Source: Balanoglossus misakiensis (taxonomy: Eukaryota; Animalia; Hemichordata). Taken from it: a stretch of 64,000 nucleotides of DNA. Below, piece by piece: positions 26,853 through 41,600 of the stretch. The notes beneath the pieces were generated by a model. The model was not told the DNA's origin. It ran no database searches and saw nothing but the letters and a program-made list of their open reading frames with translations. The position numbers were made by a program, and so were the translations under genes. Numbering within the stretch: position 1 is the first letter of the stretch; each line of letters opens with the position of its first letter. The DNA lies in assembly GCA_040954595.2 (NCBI GenBank), contig CM082590.2, positions 5,270,001 through 5,334,000 of the forward strand. The letters run 5' to 3'.

Positions 26853-28733
26853 GGCCAAAGTAAGTAAATTCTTTGTTTTGCGTCCGCGCGCGCGTAGGTT
26901 TTCGGGCTTTTTTGAGAAAAATAACACAAAACTCATTTGCATAAATTTCCAATCCACGGCGGTATTTTGTCGAAAAAAAATGACATTTCGACAAATGCCA
27001 CTTTACGGCAGTCCTATTCTAATCATGGTGTGACGTAAAACGGTACGCCCTACAGCAACTGCGCATGCTCGTAGTTGAAGTCTGTCAACACACGCTGCTG
27101 GCTGCACGCGTCCTGTCGCCGCGCATCTCCTCTGTCTGCTGGGAAAGCCAGGGATCCCCGTGATTTAACATGAATGAAGCCAACGAATAAGTCGTCCTAA
27201 AGGTTACGGAAAAAGATAATACTATCCTTGACTAGTTCAGGATGGAAGTGACCGACGCGCAAAACTTTGCACGGCTACTGGAAGCCATGGTGAATGTACC
27301 ATAAAGCCGGCCAGACAGTGTTTCAGTCGCCGATCGTCACCACCTCGTCTACCAAAGGATGTTTTTCACCTTTTGTGCGGACCCATACCCAGGTAACTAA
27401 TTTATCTTAGTAGAGAAAACTTTTATAGTCAAGCCAGAACACAATAATCTTTGTTGCTGTTTGATCACAGGGGGCTCTCCCTCCGCGATTTTGTTTGTTG
27501 TTATTGATTGGCATAATAAATAAATATGGTCACGTTTGTTTGTTGACATGTAAGGTATACTAGTATTCAACGGTCAGGGTTAGGGTGTACATGTATTCAA
27601 CGGTTAGAGTAAGTGTTGGCATTTTTTCGATCCATGGCACTCCCACCTGACCGTTGAATACACCGTGACCCTAACCCTGACCGTTGAATATTATACCTAA
27701 CATGTCAACAGACAAACGTGACCATATTTATTTATTATGCCAATCAATAACAACAACAAACAAACAAACAAAATCGCGGAGGGAGAGCCCCCTGTGGTTT
27801 GATTTCTGTCTTTTAAATCCAGTCACATGTTTTTTTAATTTTGTTAGATGTTTTCCTGGACAGTTTTTAAATATATTCATAAAGTGTGAAACAGTTATAT
27901 TTGTCACATTTTATTTTCAAATATTTGATATTTAAAATTCATTTCATTTGTGATTTTTAGATCTAGGTCCAACAGATGATGGTGAGCATTACAAATCGTT
28001 CTGTCAGTGAAATGGTACTAGAGAAAGGGAGCATTTAAAGGGGGGGGGGGTAAGCAAAAGAAAATTCTATGATGGTAGATCAGTAAAAATAGGTGGTGGG
28101 ACTGTGAAGTTCAGTGAATGTAGAACATTTGTGTTTATTGCAATACAGTCATATTTTAAGATTGAAAATTATCATCTCATGGGTTGGCATATGCATCATA
28201 CTTCGTAGTGAGATGTTATCACTATACTCAAGCATGTTTTCGTATTTTGTTTACAGAATTTTCAAAAACATTTCTTCACAGAAATGTTTCATCGTGATCA
28301 ACCAAACTTGGCAGATGGAAGTTTCTCCACATTACTACAGTGCCAGATTGAATAGTCCTGATGTTTGATATGTTTGTGGTTCAGGAATCATCTCATCCCT
28401 ATTACACCGGATATGAGGGAACAGTACAGTCTATCCAGCCAGTCTGCAGAACTTGTAGAGACAGTGGCCACATTCAGCACACAAATAAGAAATCTAAAAC
28501 TCGTAAAAGAAAAGCAAATGACAGATTAAAGGCTACAAATGACATTGTATTTTGATCATATTGTAGTAGTGTGTCACACTACTACATAAATGTGCATATT
28601 TCACGAGAAAAACTCTGAAATAAAGGCAAACTAATTTTGTGTTATTTTTTGTGTGTGTGTTTTTTGACCGCTTACCCTCGTACCTTTTAGAATTTTGAGT
28701 GGACGCAAAACAAAGAATTTACTTACTTTGGCC
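26853..28733 (+). mobile_element. Zator-like (or PIF/Harbinger-like) deletion derivative
   Basis: TAA|GGCCAAAGTAAGTAAATTCTTTGTTTTGCGTCC...GGACGCAAAACAAAGAATTTACTTACTTTGGCC|TAA (33-bp perfect TIR, 3-bp TWA TSD). Broken Cys-rich transposase-like C-terminal remnant at ~28310-28555 (HYYSARL..*YVCGS..QPVCRTCRDSG). Confidence 0.7.
27466..27796. mobile_element. P-element-like foldback MITE nested in the Zator-like element
   Basis: CACAGGGGGCTCTCCCTCCGCG...CGCGGAGGGAGAGCCCCCTGTG with a long near-palindrome and a 7-bp TSD GTTTGAT (27459-65, 27797-803). Confidence 0.7.
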
Positions 28734-29433
28734 TAACCTTGAAACGTTGAACACACATGAAACATACGTAGTGCATGGAAAAGCTAAAACAACTTCATTT
28801 TGGCTAATTGTAATCAACAAAATCACGAAATGGTGAAATAGTGAAATGATTAAATAAAGTAACCGAACAATGGGGAACTTCATAAACAAAGAGAAAAATA
28901 AAGCCGAGAAACAACAAAACGGATGGTCGACAGGATGCACTGTATTTAACTCTTGCCATCGTCCCCTTTATACAGTGCCCCCATGTGGCTAAGGGAATTG
29001 AAAGAAATTACAGGGAGTGTGGAGTACAGGCTCCATGAATAATTAAAACACCCGCACAGTAAGCACAATTTCTTGATGCAGGAGGAAAATAGAACAAAAG
29101 AATAATCATTAATCATATAATGAAAATCCGACATGTCTAGACATTCTCGTCAAACCAACTCATCCACATAATAAACCGACTGAACTTTGCATGTTCACAC
29201 AATTGAGTGCAAAGAAAGCTAACAGAAGACCGGTAGATACTGTAAGTGTTGACTCAAAGCGTTGGACACAAGGACCAAACCTGACACCGAAATTCTCATA
29301 CTGAATGTGATAACATATACCAGCCCCATTCATGTGAATTGGAATTTATACGAATTTAACAGAACAATATAAAAACACCCACATTTAGAAACATTTAGAC
29401 ATTTTGTACGCAGCAAACGTTGAATGACGTCAA

Positions 29434-29980
29434 ATGTGTGTTATTGAATTGCTATTCCATGTGAATTATTATTTTGCATGGTGTTTTTCTTTGGCTTCAT
29501 TTGCGTGGTGGTGTTGCCATGGTGACCATTACTGGGCTGACTTGTCTGGCAAGCTAGAGATGGAGGGGTTTCCCCATCTCTCCCCTGGTGAATCAATCAC
29601 CAATCAGAAGTGCGTTCTGGGTCACGTGATGAGCCTGTCTATCATGTATATTTGAGGGGGGAATTAGCGTGGATCTGTTGAAGGGGGAACCTGAAGTTTC
29701 AGTTCTGTGCAACTTTACCTGATTAGTCCACTTGTATCCCTATCGGTTAGCCAGGCCCGGGTCTAGCCAGCCCCGGAGATCTAAGACGTGTTTACCTTAG
29801 CAGCTCGGTGTTGGCCGATATCTTCATCAAGACGCCTGCTTTCCGCGTTCTGACGAGTTCTGACCGCTGTGTTTAGAGACAGCGCTGTTTGTGAGAGGCT
29901 CACTCCGGTCCGACTGCGCCCTACCAGTTTTCCGAGGTATACCGTTCGGGTTTCCGTCACAATTGGTGGCATCTTCGGGA
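29434..29980 (+). mobile_element. Possible solitary 5' LTR with PBS
   Basis: ...GTCACA followed by ATTGGTGGCATCTTCGGGAT, resembling a tRNA-Leu PBS. LTR start is uncertain and there is no second copy in the window. Confidence 0.35.
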
Positions 29981-30043
29981 TTGTTAGGGCAACTTTGGTT
30001 CAGCTAAGCCCTTTTCGAATATTCGCTAAGGTCTGGATCATTG

Positions 30044-30340
30044 TCAATCAATCAATCAAAGGGATTTATAGAGCGCCAAACTCCACTGCAATAGTGTTCA
30101 TTGGCGCTTTACAATGTCAAAAATCCAGGTTGTTTTCAACAGTAACGTTGATTCAGGGTTCGAGAGAACAGACGTTAATTCTACTGTCATTTCTGCAGAA
30201 GCCCTGAAAACTCCGCTCGTTTCATCGGGCACAGGGAGGAGGTCAGGCAGGGGTCGAAGTAGACATTTGATGTTTCCCCCAGGAAATACAACGGATGAAC
30301 GTGATATCGGTAGACAGTGAGATACAGTGGAACGATCAAT
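30044..30340 (-). mobile_element. L2-type LINE/SINE 3' end
   Basis: Minus strand ends TGTAAAGCGCC...GGCGCTCTATAAAT plus an (ATTG)n tail, the typical L2 3' stem-loop and tail. Confidence 0.55.
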
Positions 30341-31929
30341 TTGTGATATGGCACAACAACTTCAAACATTTATACAAACGTTTGGGGAAATGGTGTGACC
30401 GTGGTTGAAACAAGTTTAGTTTGTGTCCATAGTACGCCTAAGTGACGTACCAATGACTGGTGCGCCCTCAACGGTCGATTATTTTGTCGCAAGGTAAATT
30501 AACCAACCACCGAGGAGACATTATTGGTCCATTGCAGGTCACGTGACAAACATGTGACTACGCATAGCAAGGGTGCAGACGTATCGAGTATGGGAACTAA
30601 GGGATGGCCCATTAAATTTGAGTGTGTTCATGAATTATACCTGATTTTTTCATGAATATATTTTTTATGAATCTGCTGGTCTAATTGCTTTGAAGTTTGG
30701 TAGGTGTATTCCTTGTGGTGATTGAAGTCAGATATTGTAAAATTCTGGGAATATTTGCAAAATTGTGTTTTTGCCACTTTTGAACAAAGTCGTTTTCTGT
30801 GAAACAACTTGTCTGATTTCTTTGAAATTTGGTGAGAATATTCTTAGGGATATTTAAAATATTGGTGAAGTTTATGTTCTTGGTGCCACTTTTACTGTTT
30901 TTGGTCCTTAATCATTTCTTGAAATTTGGGATACAGGTTTCATAACACATACATGTATATGAGAACTTCTATTCTGATATCACAATTTCTTTGTAATTTT
31001 CTATGTGTTTTTTTCAACAAATTTTCTCCTAAGCCACTTGTCCAGTTTCTTTGAAAGTTACTCTTTACATGAGGTGGGTGATACCCCACTGAGAATTTTC
31101 ATTCTACATGTTTACATAACTTTACTAGGCCAGCTGTTACAGAGACCACCAGCTATTCTTTTATTAACTACCAGTGGTAGGTCAGTGAGTGTCTCTGACT
31201 GTCTGTCCCAGGGCTGCTTGAAAGAAGTTGCACTGCTTGTAAGATTGCATTGACACTTGACACTTGATTGGGAGTGTTCATATAGTTTATTTCTTTTTAC
31301 ATTTCCATATTTATATATGGTTAGGTCATATCTGCTTGCCAATGTTACCTGCAGTGTTCTCTAAACAAACATAATTTTTTAAAGCTTTGAGTCAATTTGA
31401 AGATTTGTAAAAAATTCTCTGAGTCTGTACTTTGCATGTATTGTGGATAATTTCCTTGAGTCACCAGTGGGTCAGTGGTGCATCATATGGGCTTAGAGGG
31501 CACACTGACAGTGACAAAACTATACCCCAAAGCGTTGCATAATGGTCCCAAGCAGACATACATTTCCACAACTTCGCCTCCATAGGTGTAGGAACCAGAA
31601 GGGGGGGGGGGGGTGGTCACTTGCCCCCCCCCCCCCTCCAATGCTGAAGTAGGGGGGGGGGGGCAAAGAAATACTTGTGCCCCCCCCCCCAACTTTAGGG
31701 ACAATAAATTGCGGTTTGGAGATTGTTGTATTACAAAATTTTCTAATGTCAGAGGGGGACACCCCTTCCCACACCCACCCCTTTCATTCCTTCACACCTT
31801 TCATGTATTGCCTAGTGTACCTAGGCACAGTACTTGCCCCCCCCCCCTACCAATGCTAACTTTTAGCGGTGAAAGGTAAATTTGTCCTCCCCAACATAGT
31901 TGAGTTAATTTGCTTTTTGAGTTCATTAA

Positions 31930-32433
31930 AGGCACGTAAGCTGTAACTTGTGGGATAATTTTCATCATTTTTGTTTCACACTGCACTACAATTAGTCCAT
32001 GCAGATGAAGGCAGTGAACTATACACAAGCATTATAAACCCTAAATATGAGTGCATATGCAAGTTTTAACCAGATAAATAATAAAGCTTTGCCGCAAGCG
32101 ATTATGGCCGCCACCATGGGAAAATGAAAGAAACAATGAAAATGTCGCATTTCCGGTTGTGAAACTTCATAAACAAAACATGATCTCATCTACTTGAGCT
32201 CATGGAAGTAAATGTACACCACTTAGACATCAGATTTTAATTTTTCATTGCAATATTGCACTTTTTTAAAAATTTCAGGAATTTTCGTTTTTCTTTAATT
32301 TTTGGCCATTTTGTCATAAATAAGTGTTGAGCTTGATATATTATCATGAAATAGCATTTAATAGATATAATTAAAAGCATATATGAGATTATCTAAAACA
32401 TTGATTTTTTATCCAGTTGCAGCTTACGTGCCT
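31930..32433. mobile_element. Kolobok-like MITE with TTAA target site
   Basis: TTAA|AGGCACGTAAGCTG...CAGCTTACGTGCCT|TTAA. Confidence 0.7.
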
Positions 32434-32945
32434 TTAAAATGCAGCTTTGAGCTCTGTATTTAATAAAATTTTCTAGCGTGGGAGGGGGGCACCCACTCCC
32501 AAACCCACCTTTATCAATTCTACTAACTATTGTAATGACTTGTCCTTTTAATTTGTTCATATACTAATTTAATTATTTTAATTTATTCATGTATGCACAT
32601 TTCAATTGTAAGTCATTCACCACCAGAATGTTGGTTACATTTGCCCTCCCCCCCAACCATGAATTTCTCCCTAAGCCCCTGGCCTCGCAAATTATTTGTA
32701 CAATGTGCACTTTCATCCATTTGGGCTTAGATTATTCCTCAAATAATTTAGCGAAAACATGAAGAAAATCATTTCAATCAAATGCAACACAATTTGAATG
32801 ATGACCAATGGGCTTTTCATTGTCCTATCATAGAACATCGAAAGGGTATATGAATAAGGCTTTCCAACAAAAGGTACTACATAATTAGATTTAAACATTA
32901 TTTTTCGCTTAAAATGAATATAGTGCAAACAAATTCTGTCTCAAT

Positions 32946-32951
32946 TTTATT
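32946..32951 (-). terminator. Candidate poly(A) signal of the ROCO gene
   Basis: AATAAA on the minus strand ~1.4 kb past the stop codon; position only, no transcript support. Confidence 0.3.
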
Positions 32952-34356
32952 CAAACAAAATTGCCAATATTGGAATGAATTTTTCAAATACATGTCATCA
33001 ATAATTGAAATATCAACCTGTCTTCTTTATCAGTATATGTAGAAATCTTAAAAACTATCATTCTTATTAATATGCCCAGAAGTGTGGGGTTTTAAGAATC
33101 ACGGAAATGTTATTTTTGAGCTCAGTGGTACTAAAATTAAAAATTTTGATCGTGCTTACAAATTTCGAGATAGTCCATTCAAGCAAAGAAAACAACCAAA
33201 CATGTTTTGAACTAAAGCAATTTGTAATACATTGTTTTGTGGATGATTTTCTACATTATGAAAAGTAAACTTTCCCTTCGACTAGAACCATACCAAATAA
33301 TAAGGAAATGTGACTGTAATCTTTACACAATGAATATTTTAAATGAGGCTTCATGTATTAGAAGAAAACTTACTAACTGAATGTGTTGGCCAGTATTGTC
33401 AGCACCAACAACCTTGTCATTTGAGATGCTTGCATTTTCCTTCACATTATACAAAACCCATTCGTTTGTACAGCGAACCTTGTCACTAATACTCAACAAC
33501 TGCATTTAAACACACGTCACATATGTCCGGCTGAAACACAAAGCATATTCTTGGCTAAACGATATATCACATATACTGTGATAATAATGTTTGACTAAAT
33601 TTCATTTCTAGTCAAAACAAAAACATCAAACACAGTAATTCTAATCCTTGATAATATGTCGCTATTCTATGCACAAAACGTCACTTAAAGCGATAATGAT
33701 CCTTGAGTATCACATACAAGTACTTTTTTGTGTGTCAGCATCATATTTGTAGATATGTTCTATTAGTACTACAACTATCGATTCTACAATTGGGCCATAC
33801 TTGGATTATTTTATATTATTTCAAGTACAGCGAACCCTAGCCAATCCGGTAAAATAAGTGTAACCAGAATACATTGTCAATTCGCTTTCATTGAGAACCA
33901 CATGTTACAGGAATATCTATAAACCTGGAACCTCTGCAAACAGACCATTATCTTCCACCCTTTTGGTATCCACTAAAGACTGGAATTTTACTGGAATTTA
34001 TAAGTGCTGCAAGATAGTAAACCAATGCGCCTTTAACATACAGTTTTCATTCACAATTGTTCCACAGCTAAATATATGACCACTGTCCGTGTGACATTTC
34101 ACAGGCCGGCTTTGTTATTGAGAAGACAGTCATGGTTGGAGGGTGGTTTGGTGTATTGGCTTCATTTTCTCTGCGGGGCTAATTACTGTATGTGTGTTGG
34201 GAACTTTTCACTTGCACACACCCATTCCGTTACTCACTTAAATTCTCAGACATTGCAACAATTTTCATGGAAATACTGCCATCCTTTGCAATACAAACCA
34301 GAAATTGTTATACTGACGTCACAATGGTCTGCTTCTGAGATTTTGATGTCATCATC

Positions 34357-35604
34357 TTAGGACGTTAGATGTAGATGAGCCATGTCACCTTCAACACCAT
34401 GATGATCAGCTGACACACCAAGTTTTTGGAACATCTCATGTATTTCGAATCTGGCAGCGTAGACATCACAACTTTCTTGCTCAAGAATTTTAACCAGGTT
34501 GGAAAATTTGCTCTTACAGAATTTGTTATCTGCAGTTGGCTGTTGGCCTGCATGTTGTTGTCCTCCACAGCCCTTGGACCAAACAGATAAAGCATGTTGT
34601 GTGGGAGATTGAATCGATGCACTGTGTTGCCATGAAGCCACCTCCATTTGAGGGATCCCCATCAAGTCTGCCATAGCCCTGTAGTCATTGCCGGAGAACC
34701 GGATGATATCCATGATATTAGAAAATATCTTGAGGGCATCCTTCAGCATCCACTTGACATCACTTTCATATCCATATTTACGGAGGAATGTGGTATCATA
34801 TCCAGCACAGAGCAAGTCAGTGACAGCTTCTTCTTGACCTGTTTGCTCATCATACACTCCACTTCCATTCTGCTCAGCTTCTGTGATTTTCTGCATTGGG
34901 TAGAATCTTACATTCTCTGGGTTGCTGTGAATTCGCAGTGAGTGGGCGCTGAGAATATGGGTGTCGACCTCGATACCCGGACAGCAGATCTCTATGACGT
35001 CATAGATATCATTGGTCACCATTTCCAGTAACTGGTAACACGCCCCTATGTCTTCTCCCTTTTCTGCTCTGACACAGGTGTGGATTGCCGTCCATCCATC
35101 TGTCATGTACACCAATCCTTCTACGATGTGGCAGACTTTGATACCATTCTTCCATATTCCACTGGGAGGGTAGCCCATTTCCTCAAAGTGACGGTAGAGC
35201 CTGGTCTGCAGGCGTGGGAACAAACCTGGTGTGAAGCTGTCTGTTTCATCATGGCATTCGATTCTTCTACCGAAATAGTGATGCTTAGTGGGATCCGACT
35301 CCCATTGATTTGCTGGCATTTTATCTTCCAAGAGTCCAGGGATGATGTAAGATTTTGGATTGGACTCATCTTCATGGAGAAGCTCAAAATGCTTGAGAAG
35401 AGCCATGACTAAGTTGGCATCACCGTAACCACTGAATACTCGAGCTATTTCCTCCTCGTTGTAGAACTTCTGATTTTTCTGCAGTTTGTCGCTGTATTGA
35501 ACGAAGATATCAGTTGCCATCAGTCGACCCAAGATTTCTGAACACAACCATTGACCATCAAGAACAATGATATCATCACCAAGAGGATTCTTGACAAAGA
35601 TAAT
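34357..35604 (-). CDS. ROCO last exon: COR plus death domain
   Basis: Part of the 422-aa ORF. Acceptor TTGCAG before IIFVKNPL; stop at 34357. Confidence 0.92.
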   Translation of the reverse strand: MIFVKNPLGDDIIVLDGQWLCSEILGRLMATDIFVQYSDKLQKNQKFYNEEEIARVFSGYGDANLVMALLKHFELLHEDESNPKSYIIPGLLEDKMPANQWESDPTKHHYFGRRIECHDETDSFTPGLFPRLQTRLYRHFEEMGYPPSGIWKNGIKVCHIVEGLVYMTDGWTAIHTCVRAEKGEDIGACYQLLEMVTNDIYDVIEICCPGIEVDTHILSAHSLRIHSNPENVRFYPMQKITEAEQNGSGVYDEQTGQEEAVTDLLCAGYDTTFLRKYGYESDVKWMLKDALKIFSNIMDIIRFSGNDYRAMADLMGIPQMEVASWQHSASIQSPTQHALSVWSKGCGGQQHAGQQPTADNKFCKSKFSNLVKILEQESCDVYAARFEIHEMFQKLGVSADHHGVEGDMAHLHLTS

Positions 35605-38600
35605 CTGCAACAAACAAGAAGACAATGAAATAAACTTTGGATGTTAACAAAAGTGAAAGTTGAAAGGACAGGTAGATGGATGGATGGGTAGATGTATGTA
35701 TGTATGCATTCATGCATTCTCGCATGTTTGTATGTATGTATGAATGTATGTATGTATGTACGTATGTTTGTATGTATGTGATGGCGGGTGGTGGATGGAT
35801 TATTGGATGGGATGGGTCAAATGGATGGACGGATTGAGTGAAACAGTGACATGTGACTGACTGCCTGGATGTATGCAATAAATATGTGAGGTGTAATGAC
35901 AGACACTGATTGGGTGGCCGGATTGGTGGATGAACTATTTGCTGTATATCTTCATTTACCTCGCCAATGCTATCCAGGTAAGATGTAGCTATTCTAAGAA
36001 AGGGCTCTTTAACCAATGGATCAATTTCCTTTACTTTTTCCACATACGTCTTCCAGTACAGAACAGGGAATTTAAGAAGCTCCTTACGCCATAATCGCTT
36101 CTTGTCGACAATTTTGGCACATAACCTTGGTATTTTTTCTTCCTTCTGTAATGCAATGAAAGAATAGAAAATTTGATGAGTAGCTATATTTTTAAATCAT
36201 CGATTCAATGAACTCAGCCATGGAAAATGGGACCAAAGACCATTCCCAAAATGTCAAATGTAATATATACAAATATATATTGCCGTCAACATGCCATTAC
36301 ATAATGCTTTTTAATCACTTCTGAACATCTGGAAACTTTAAGTAATCATACCTGTGTTGGTAAGTGTGTATAGCAACCATCACCAACACCAAGAAAATGC
36401 CCTTAGTATTTCGTGCATTTATATATTATGTTACTACATAACTTGGTTCACTGAGTGAACCTGTGGTAAACAGATAGGGGATGAAAGTTTGAAGAAATAT
36501 TTAGGGTAAACAGGAAAAACTGCATACAGATGAAGATTTGATCGGAGTGATTAATCTAACCTGGCCAATTGTTGTGAGAAATGTTGGAATGATCACTCCC
36601 ATTGAAATAATCGTTTCTGCTGTAGTGTTTTTATCATTTTTGATTGGACAGATATTAAAATCAATATGATATAAAACTAGTTATGCATTTATGTTAAACT
36701 CACCTTGAACCCACGTAAGATCACACGTAGTCTGCCCATTGCTGCACTTTGAGATTCATGACAATTTACCAAAACTGTCTCATCCACGATATTCAAATAA
36801 TCGCCAAATTTCTTCTTCAACTCTTTGCTTACCTTTTCTACAACCCATTTGGCTGTATAAGAAAACATAACAATAAAAAATGGGTTATGGTAATTACGGA
36901 TGTACATGCAAAACGTAAACTGGTAGACTGCATGAACTTATGGGCATGTCACTTGTCCTATAAAATAGAAAAAATGGGTATCGGTATTTAACTAGTATTC
37001 AAAGTAGGCGGGAAATGCACCTTCTGACTAAAAGATTGTATTAAAGTAATTTATGTCAGATCTTTTTGAAAAATACTATCGTGCATCACCTTACAATGAA
37101 TTGTTTCTAAAATACCCCACCCATCAAAATGTGTTGGATGCACAAACAGATATGTTCAAAGCGATTTTGGTTTTACCATTACATTCTAGATTGTGTGCGA
37201 GTGTGTGTGTGTGTACCAGTGTGTTTAACAGTGTATGCATGTTGTAACTGCACTCAAACTAAATGACTTACCACTCTCTTGTTGAGATTCATCCAACATA
37301 TCAGCTCTACTTGCGATCAATATCACAGTTGGTTTGGTGTCTTCACTCCGAGACGAAGCATCATCACTCTTTAGTATGCTGCTTATCATGCCTTTGAAGA
37401 ACTGGGCCCATATGTTGGTCTGAAAATTATCACAATTAATTAATTACCCAATTACAATCAATCAGTCAATCAATCAATCAATCAATTTAATAATTAATTA
37501 ATTAACATTTAATGTAATGCAAGTGTTTTACAGCTAATGGGCTAGTTTTAATATAACACAAGTAAGTAATGATTTGTTTAAATGTTAAAGTGTTGTGGCA
37601 TGTTTTACATGTGTTGAGGGTTTTCACCCAAAATAGTTTGATTGATTTCACAACTAATATCTGCAGAATCGTCACTCCAGGTATGGATTGACTTGTATAC
37701 ACTACCGTCCAGTCATTTAAGAAAATTCACGTGTGACCTTCGCTTCCACTACATTAAGATTGTCTTGCGGATGCAATTGGCAGAATATTTCATAATAGTG
37801 GCACTGTAATGCCACACATAAACTATACCAAGTTCAGAGCTAACAAAAACATGCAAGAAATTATGACAGTCTGTATATGTTAGGCATTGCATCTGTGGAC
37901 CACTCCATCCCCCAACCCGTCCTCAAATGACTAGTTCTATATTTCGACATAGTAGGTTCAAAAGTAGATTTCATTCTAGGGTGTGTGTAGGTGTTTGTTT
38001 GTTTGTGTGTGGCCGTTCTCAAATTACTAGTTCCATATTTGGACATACATGTAGTCGGTTAAATTGGACATACTTTACAGTTTCTATTTCGTTCCGGTGT
38101 GTTTGTGTGTTAAGGGTCATGTCTCACCTCTTTCAGTGCTTGTTCCAACATCTCTATAGGCTTCTTCAAATGTTTTGGGTCATCTTTCACCATGTCTGTT
38201 ATTTTAAACAGAAGCATAAACACAGCATCTTCTGCTCTCAGGAACATGTTGTGTGTCACGTAGTACTCACATTGTCCAGCAAAATCCATGACAATGTATT
38301 CTCCAACCTTTGGTATGGCTACAGTTTTTACATCAATACCAGGTGTTGGTGTGTATCCAGTCTTGTCCGGTGGAGGGGCTTTTTCTGCAGCTCGTCGAGT
38401 GACATTCGCTTTCCAGAAGCCCTGTATGAAAGCAGTTCACATGAAATTGCAGTAAGGGTTTGTGTTGACAGTGACACTGATGGGCGAGTAACACCACCTG
38501 TATCATTTAATCAAACTATTTCACCTGGACATCATGATAATGTTTAATAGATAATAATGACAATAGTTTGGTGAAAAGTAAACAAGTATATATGCTGTAT

Positions 38601-41600
38601 ATTACAATATTCAGAATAAGTGAATAAATGAATAATTTCATAGTATCATTGCAATAGATAAATAATAAATAAATACATAAATAACTTGAAACATCGATGA
38701 AACAGTCGAAGTGGAAAATAGTGTGACGATACAATGTTTGACAAAGATAAGTAGAGATATGAAAATCATTTTACCCGTCGCAAAGATTTCACAAGGGTTG
38801 TCTTTCCAACACCACCAAATCCACAGACATGAACTCTGCTACTATTTCGGGTGATGCCTGGTTCTCTCATCAAAACAGTGAATTCCTTCTTCCTCTGTTC
38901 GGCCTGATGTCAACAAAAAGCACAGAAATCATTGTGAATAGACTTGCCAAATATTGTCAAAATGGACTGTGATATCAAATGAACACGACACTGGCATTAA
39001 TGACAAAATTTGGCTACGACAGCCTAGTCATCATACATATAACAAATTAATCCATTTAGATATATGCAATGTATTTCAAGAGTTTATCAAAAGTGAAAGT
39101 CGTTCATCAGCTAAAATCTGGTAGTGTTTGATAACGTTTAGTCACATTCGTTAAATTCTGGTTTGTTATGCACATGTCAAAGTGCGGTGATTATGAATTG
39201 TGGATGAAACAATGAATTAGAAAAAGGATACCTGTAAGTATCATTTATTGGTAACAGTAACATGAAAGGAACAATATTGTTGGTATTGTCAACAAGTGCA
39301 CAAGTTCCTATTACAGACCCCAAAGTAAGGAGTACAATATTTTAGACCTACCAATTAATGTAACTTAAACGAAACCACATTTAGCAACAACAATTGTTTC
39401 ATAAGCATTACTTTGAAATATAAATTAGACTCAGAGAGGTAAAAACTAAAATCACAACTCTCCAAATTGTTTCTTTTGGTTTTTGTTCTGGAAATGAATA
39501 ACTTGATCTCATTGATGGTTGTATTACAAGTATTACTGTTCATTTTGAATATGACAGTTACTTGTATTTATGGGAAATGTTACCTTCAGCAGGGATTTGA
39601 CTCTTCTGTCGTCTGCAACATCCAGAGGTGTCTTTCCGCCCTGTAACGTGGAAAAAGGATTTTAAGCCCATTGATATGATTTGGTTGAAACTGCTTCATG
39701 ACGTTTTATATGGATCTTCACAAATCTACTATTTGCAAAACACGTATGCCTCTGGTTGGAATTTACTTGAGTATCGAAATGTGACAGTCGGGACAATTTC
39801 CATGGTTTTCTTGTGTTAAACTTTAAAGGGGAGTTCTCGTGGCGCTTTGATTGCCTCACTAATCTCTGCAAATAAAAATGGCTGCTATGGATAGTAGTTA
39901 AGCGAGTGTCACTGACAGTACTAGTATAATGGTGACAGTACATGTTTTGTGCGAGAGAGGGTGGTGTCAGAAGGACTGATATGAGACGACATTACGAAAG
40001 TGATAGTTTGACATGGCGAGCAAACGTGATAGTACAAGCATCATATCATCAGTGGGACTGTCGCATTCGAGGCGTTTTGACCCTCGAGCGAAGTCGCACC
40101 CATGGTGCAATGCCCTTATAGTGGGGTGGCATAACAAAAAAATTCATATCGATTGTGCATTTTGTGATAAAAAGCTCAGATGGGTGTTAATGTGTAATTA
40201 ACTCCATCGGCCATGTAACGCCGGGAACACATAGACTTGTACGCAGGGCTAGGAACACACATTCCCTTACGCACAGACACATACGATACAACCCAACTCA
40301 GAACTCAGCACTCGGCATGAATTGAACGAAGAAATTGCTCCAGCAAAGCCAAAGGGATGACCGTATGTACATGAATACTCATACACATTTGAATGTCAAG
40401 TTTGTATTGATTTTACGGCCACCAAGCAGAAATTCGCTTGAGGGTTTTGACAAATAACATCGGAGGAGGCAAGTGACAGTCAAACATCAGAAAACTGATT
40501 ATGTCTCATGACACGCGGCGACGGTGTGATTTTCGACATTACCTACACAGTCATAAATTTCGACAACATGTGGTGGGAAAGTATTTATAAAAAAATGTAC
40601 GCATGACCACAGCAACACGTGGCAAAGGCGAGCCAAATTCTGACATGAACATTGCGATCATACTGGTGAATTTTACGGCTTCCCAGCAGCCAGCAATCTA
40701 GACTTATCAACTGAAGACCCATCTCCGAAAAAGGTTGGATATTCAGAAATTTTCACTTAGTTTAAATCCTCTTTCCTCATGCAACGGAAGATGTGGAATG
40801 TTTTAAAAAATCTATGCTTTTCACTAGCTTCCGCCCATTTATATAATACGCCCTTTACGGTAACAACAAACTGTACCCGGAAACACCTACACTAGATGAT
40901 TTCATGTCTTCTTACAATTTACAAACACAGAGAAAAAACTGCCAGATTTGATCACCCTGAAATTTTACCCATCCTAAATGCAAAATACATAATAATTTAT
41001 CAAGCCATAGGCCGACCTCATGGCAAGTTTCTACGCTTATTTAAGCCTTCAATTAGGATTGAGCATTGTTTGAATCGTGAACTGGTAGCCTAGGTCACAC
41101 TATATAGGGATTACGCGATATACTCATGTCATCAATGGCAAATTGAGATCTAGCCAATCACAGATTTTCAGTGGGTGGCACACGCGAAAGAAAGAGCGCC
41201 AAATACGTCATTTCAGCCATATATGGGCGTATGTAAGTTGGAGGTGACTGTATACCTTTAAGCATGCACTGCTACACACATTCTGAAACATTCATTTGTG
41301 AGATAGCACAACATGTTTTGCCGAAAGTTTTTTTTTTTTTTTTTTTTTGGGGGGGGGGGGGGGGGAGGGTTAATTAATAGTAGGATACATCCCAGTCCCC
41401 CACGTAATGGACATGAATGCATGATGTGGTGATAGGGCTCTGTCCTTTGAGGGTACATTAACATCACAGGTATTCGTTTACTTGAGATTTATAATACACG
41501 CGTGTGTTGTTTTCATTTGAAGATGCCCTCTGTACAATACCTCAAACAGACAATGATTTAAATATAATAAAAACGTGTCAACTGGTGTGTGAGTGTAGAA

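Noticed and set aside
31590-31860. G/C homopolymer runs as a G-quadruplex system or Pro/Gly-rich protein
   Set aside because: Typical low-complexity tracts of small repetitive elements; run lengths are error-prone and there is no coding support.
1936-33505. Short 60-120 aa ORFs in the ORF track
   Set aside because: They lie in repeats, paralogous copies have stops and frameshifts, and none has a recognisable domain apart from the transposase-like remnant near 28310-28555.
35576-36043. 155-aa ORF as a separate gene
   Set aside because: Its start is a ROCO exon; the rest reads through an intronic microsatellite.
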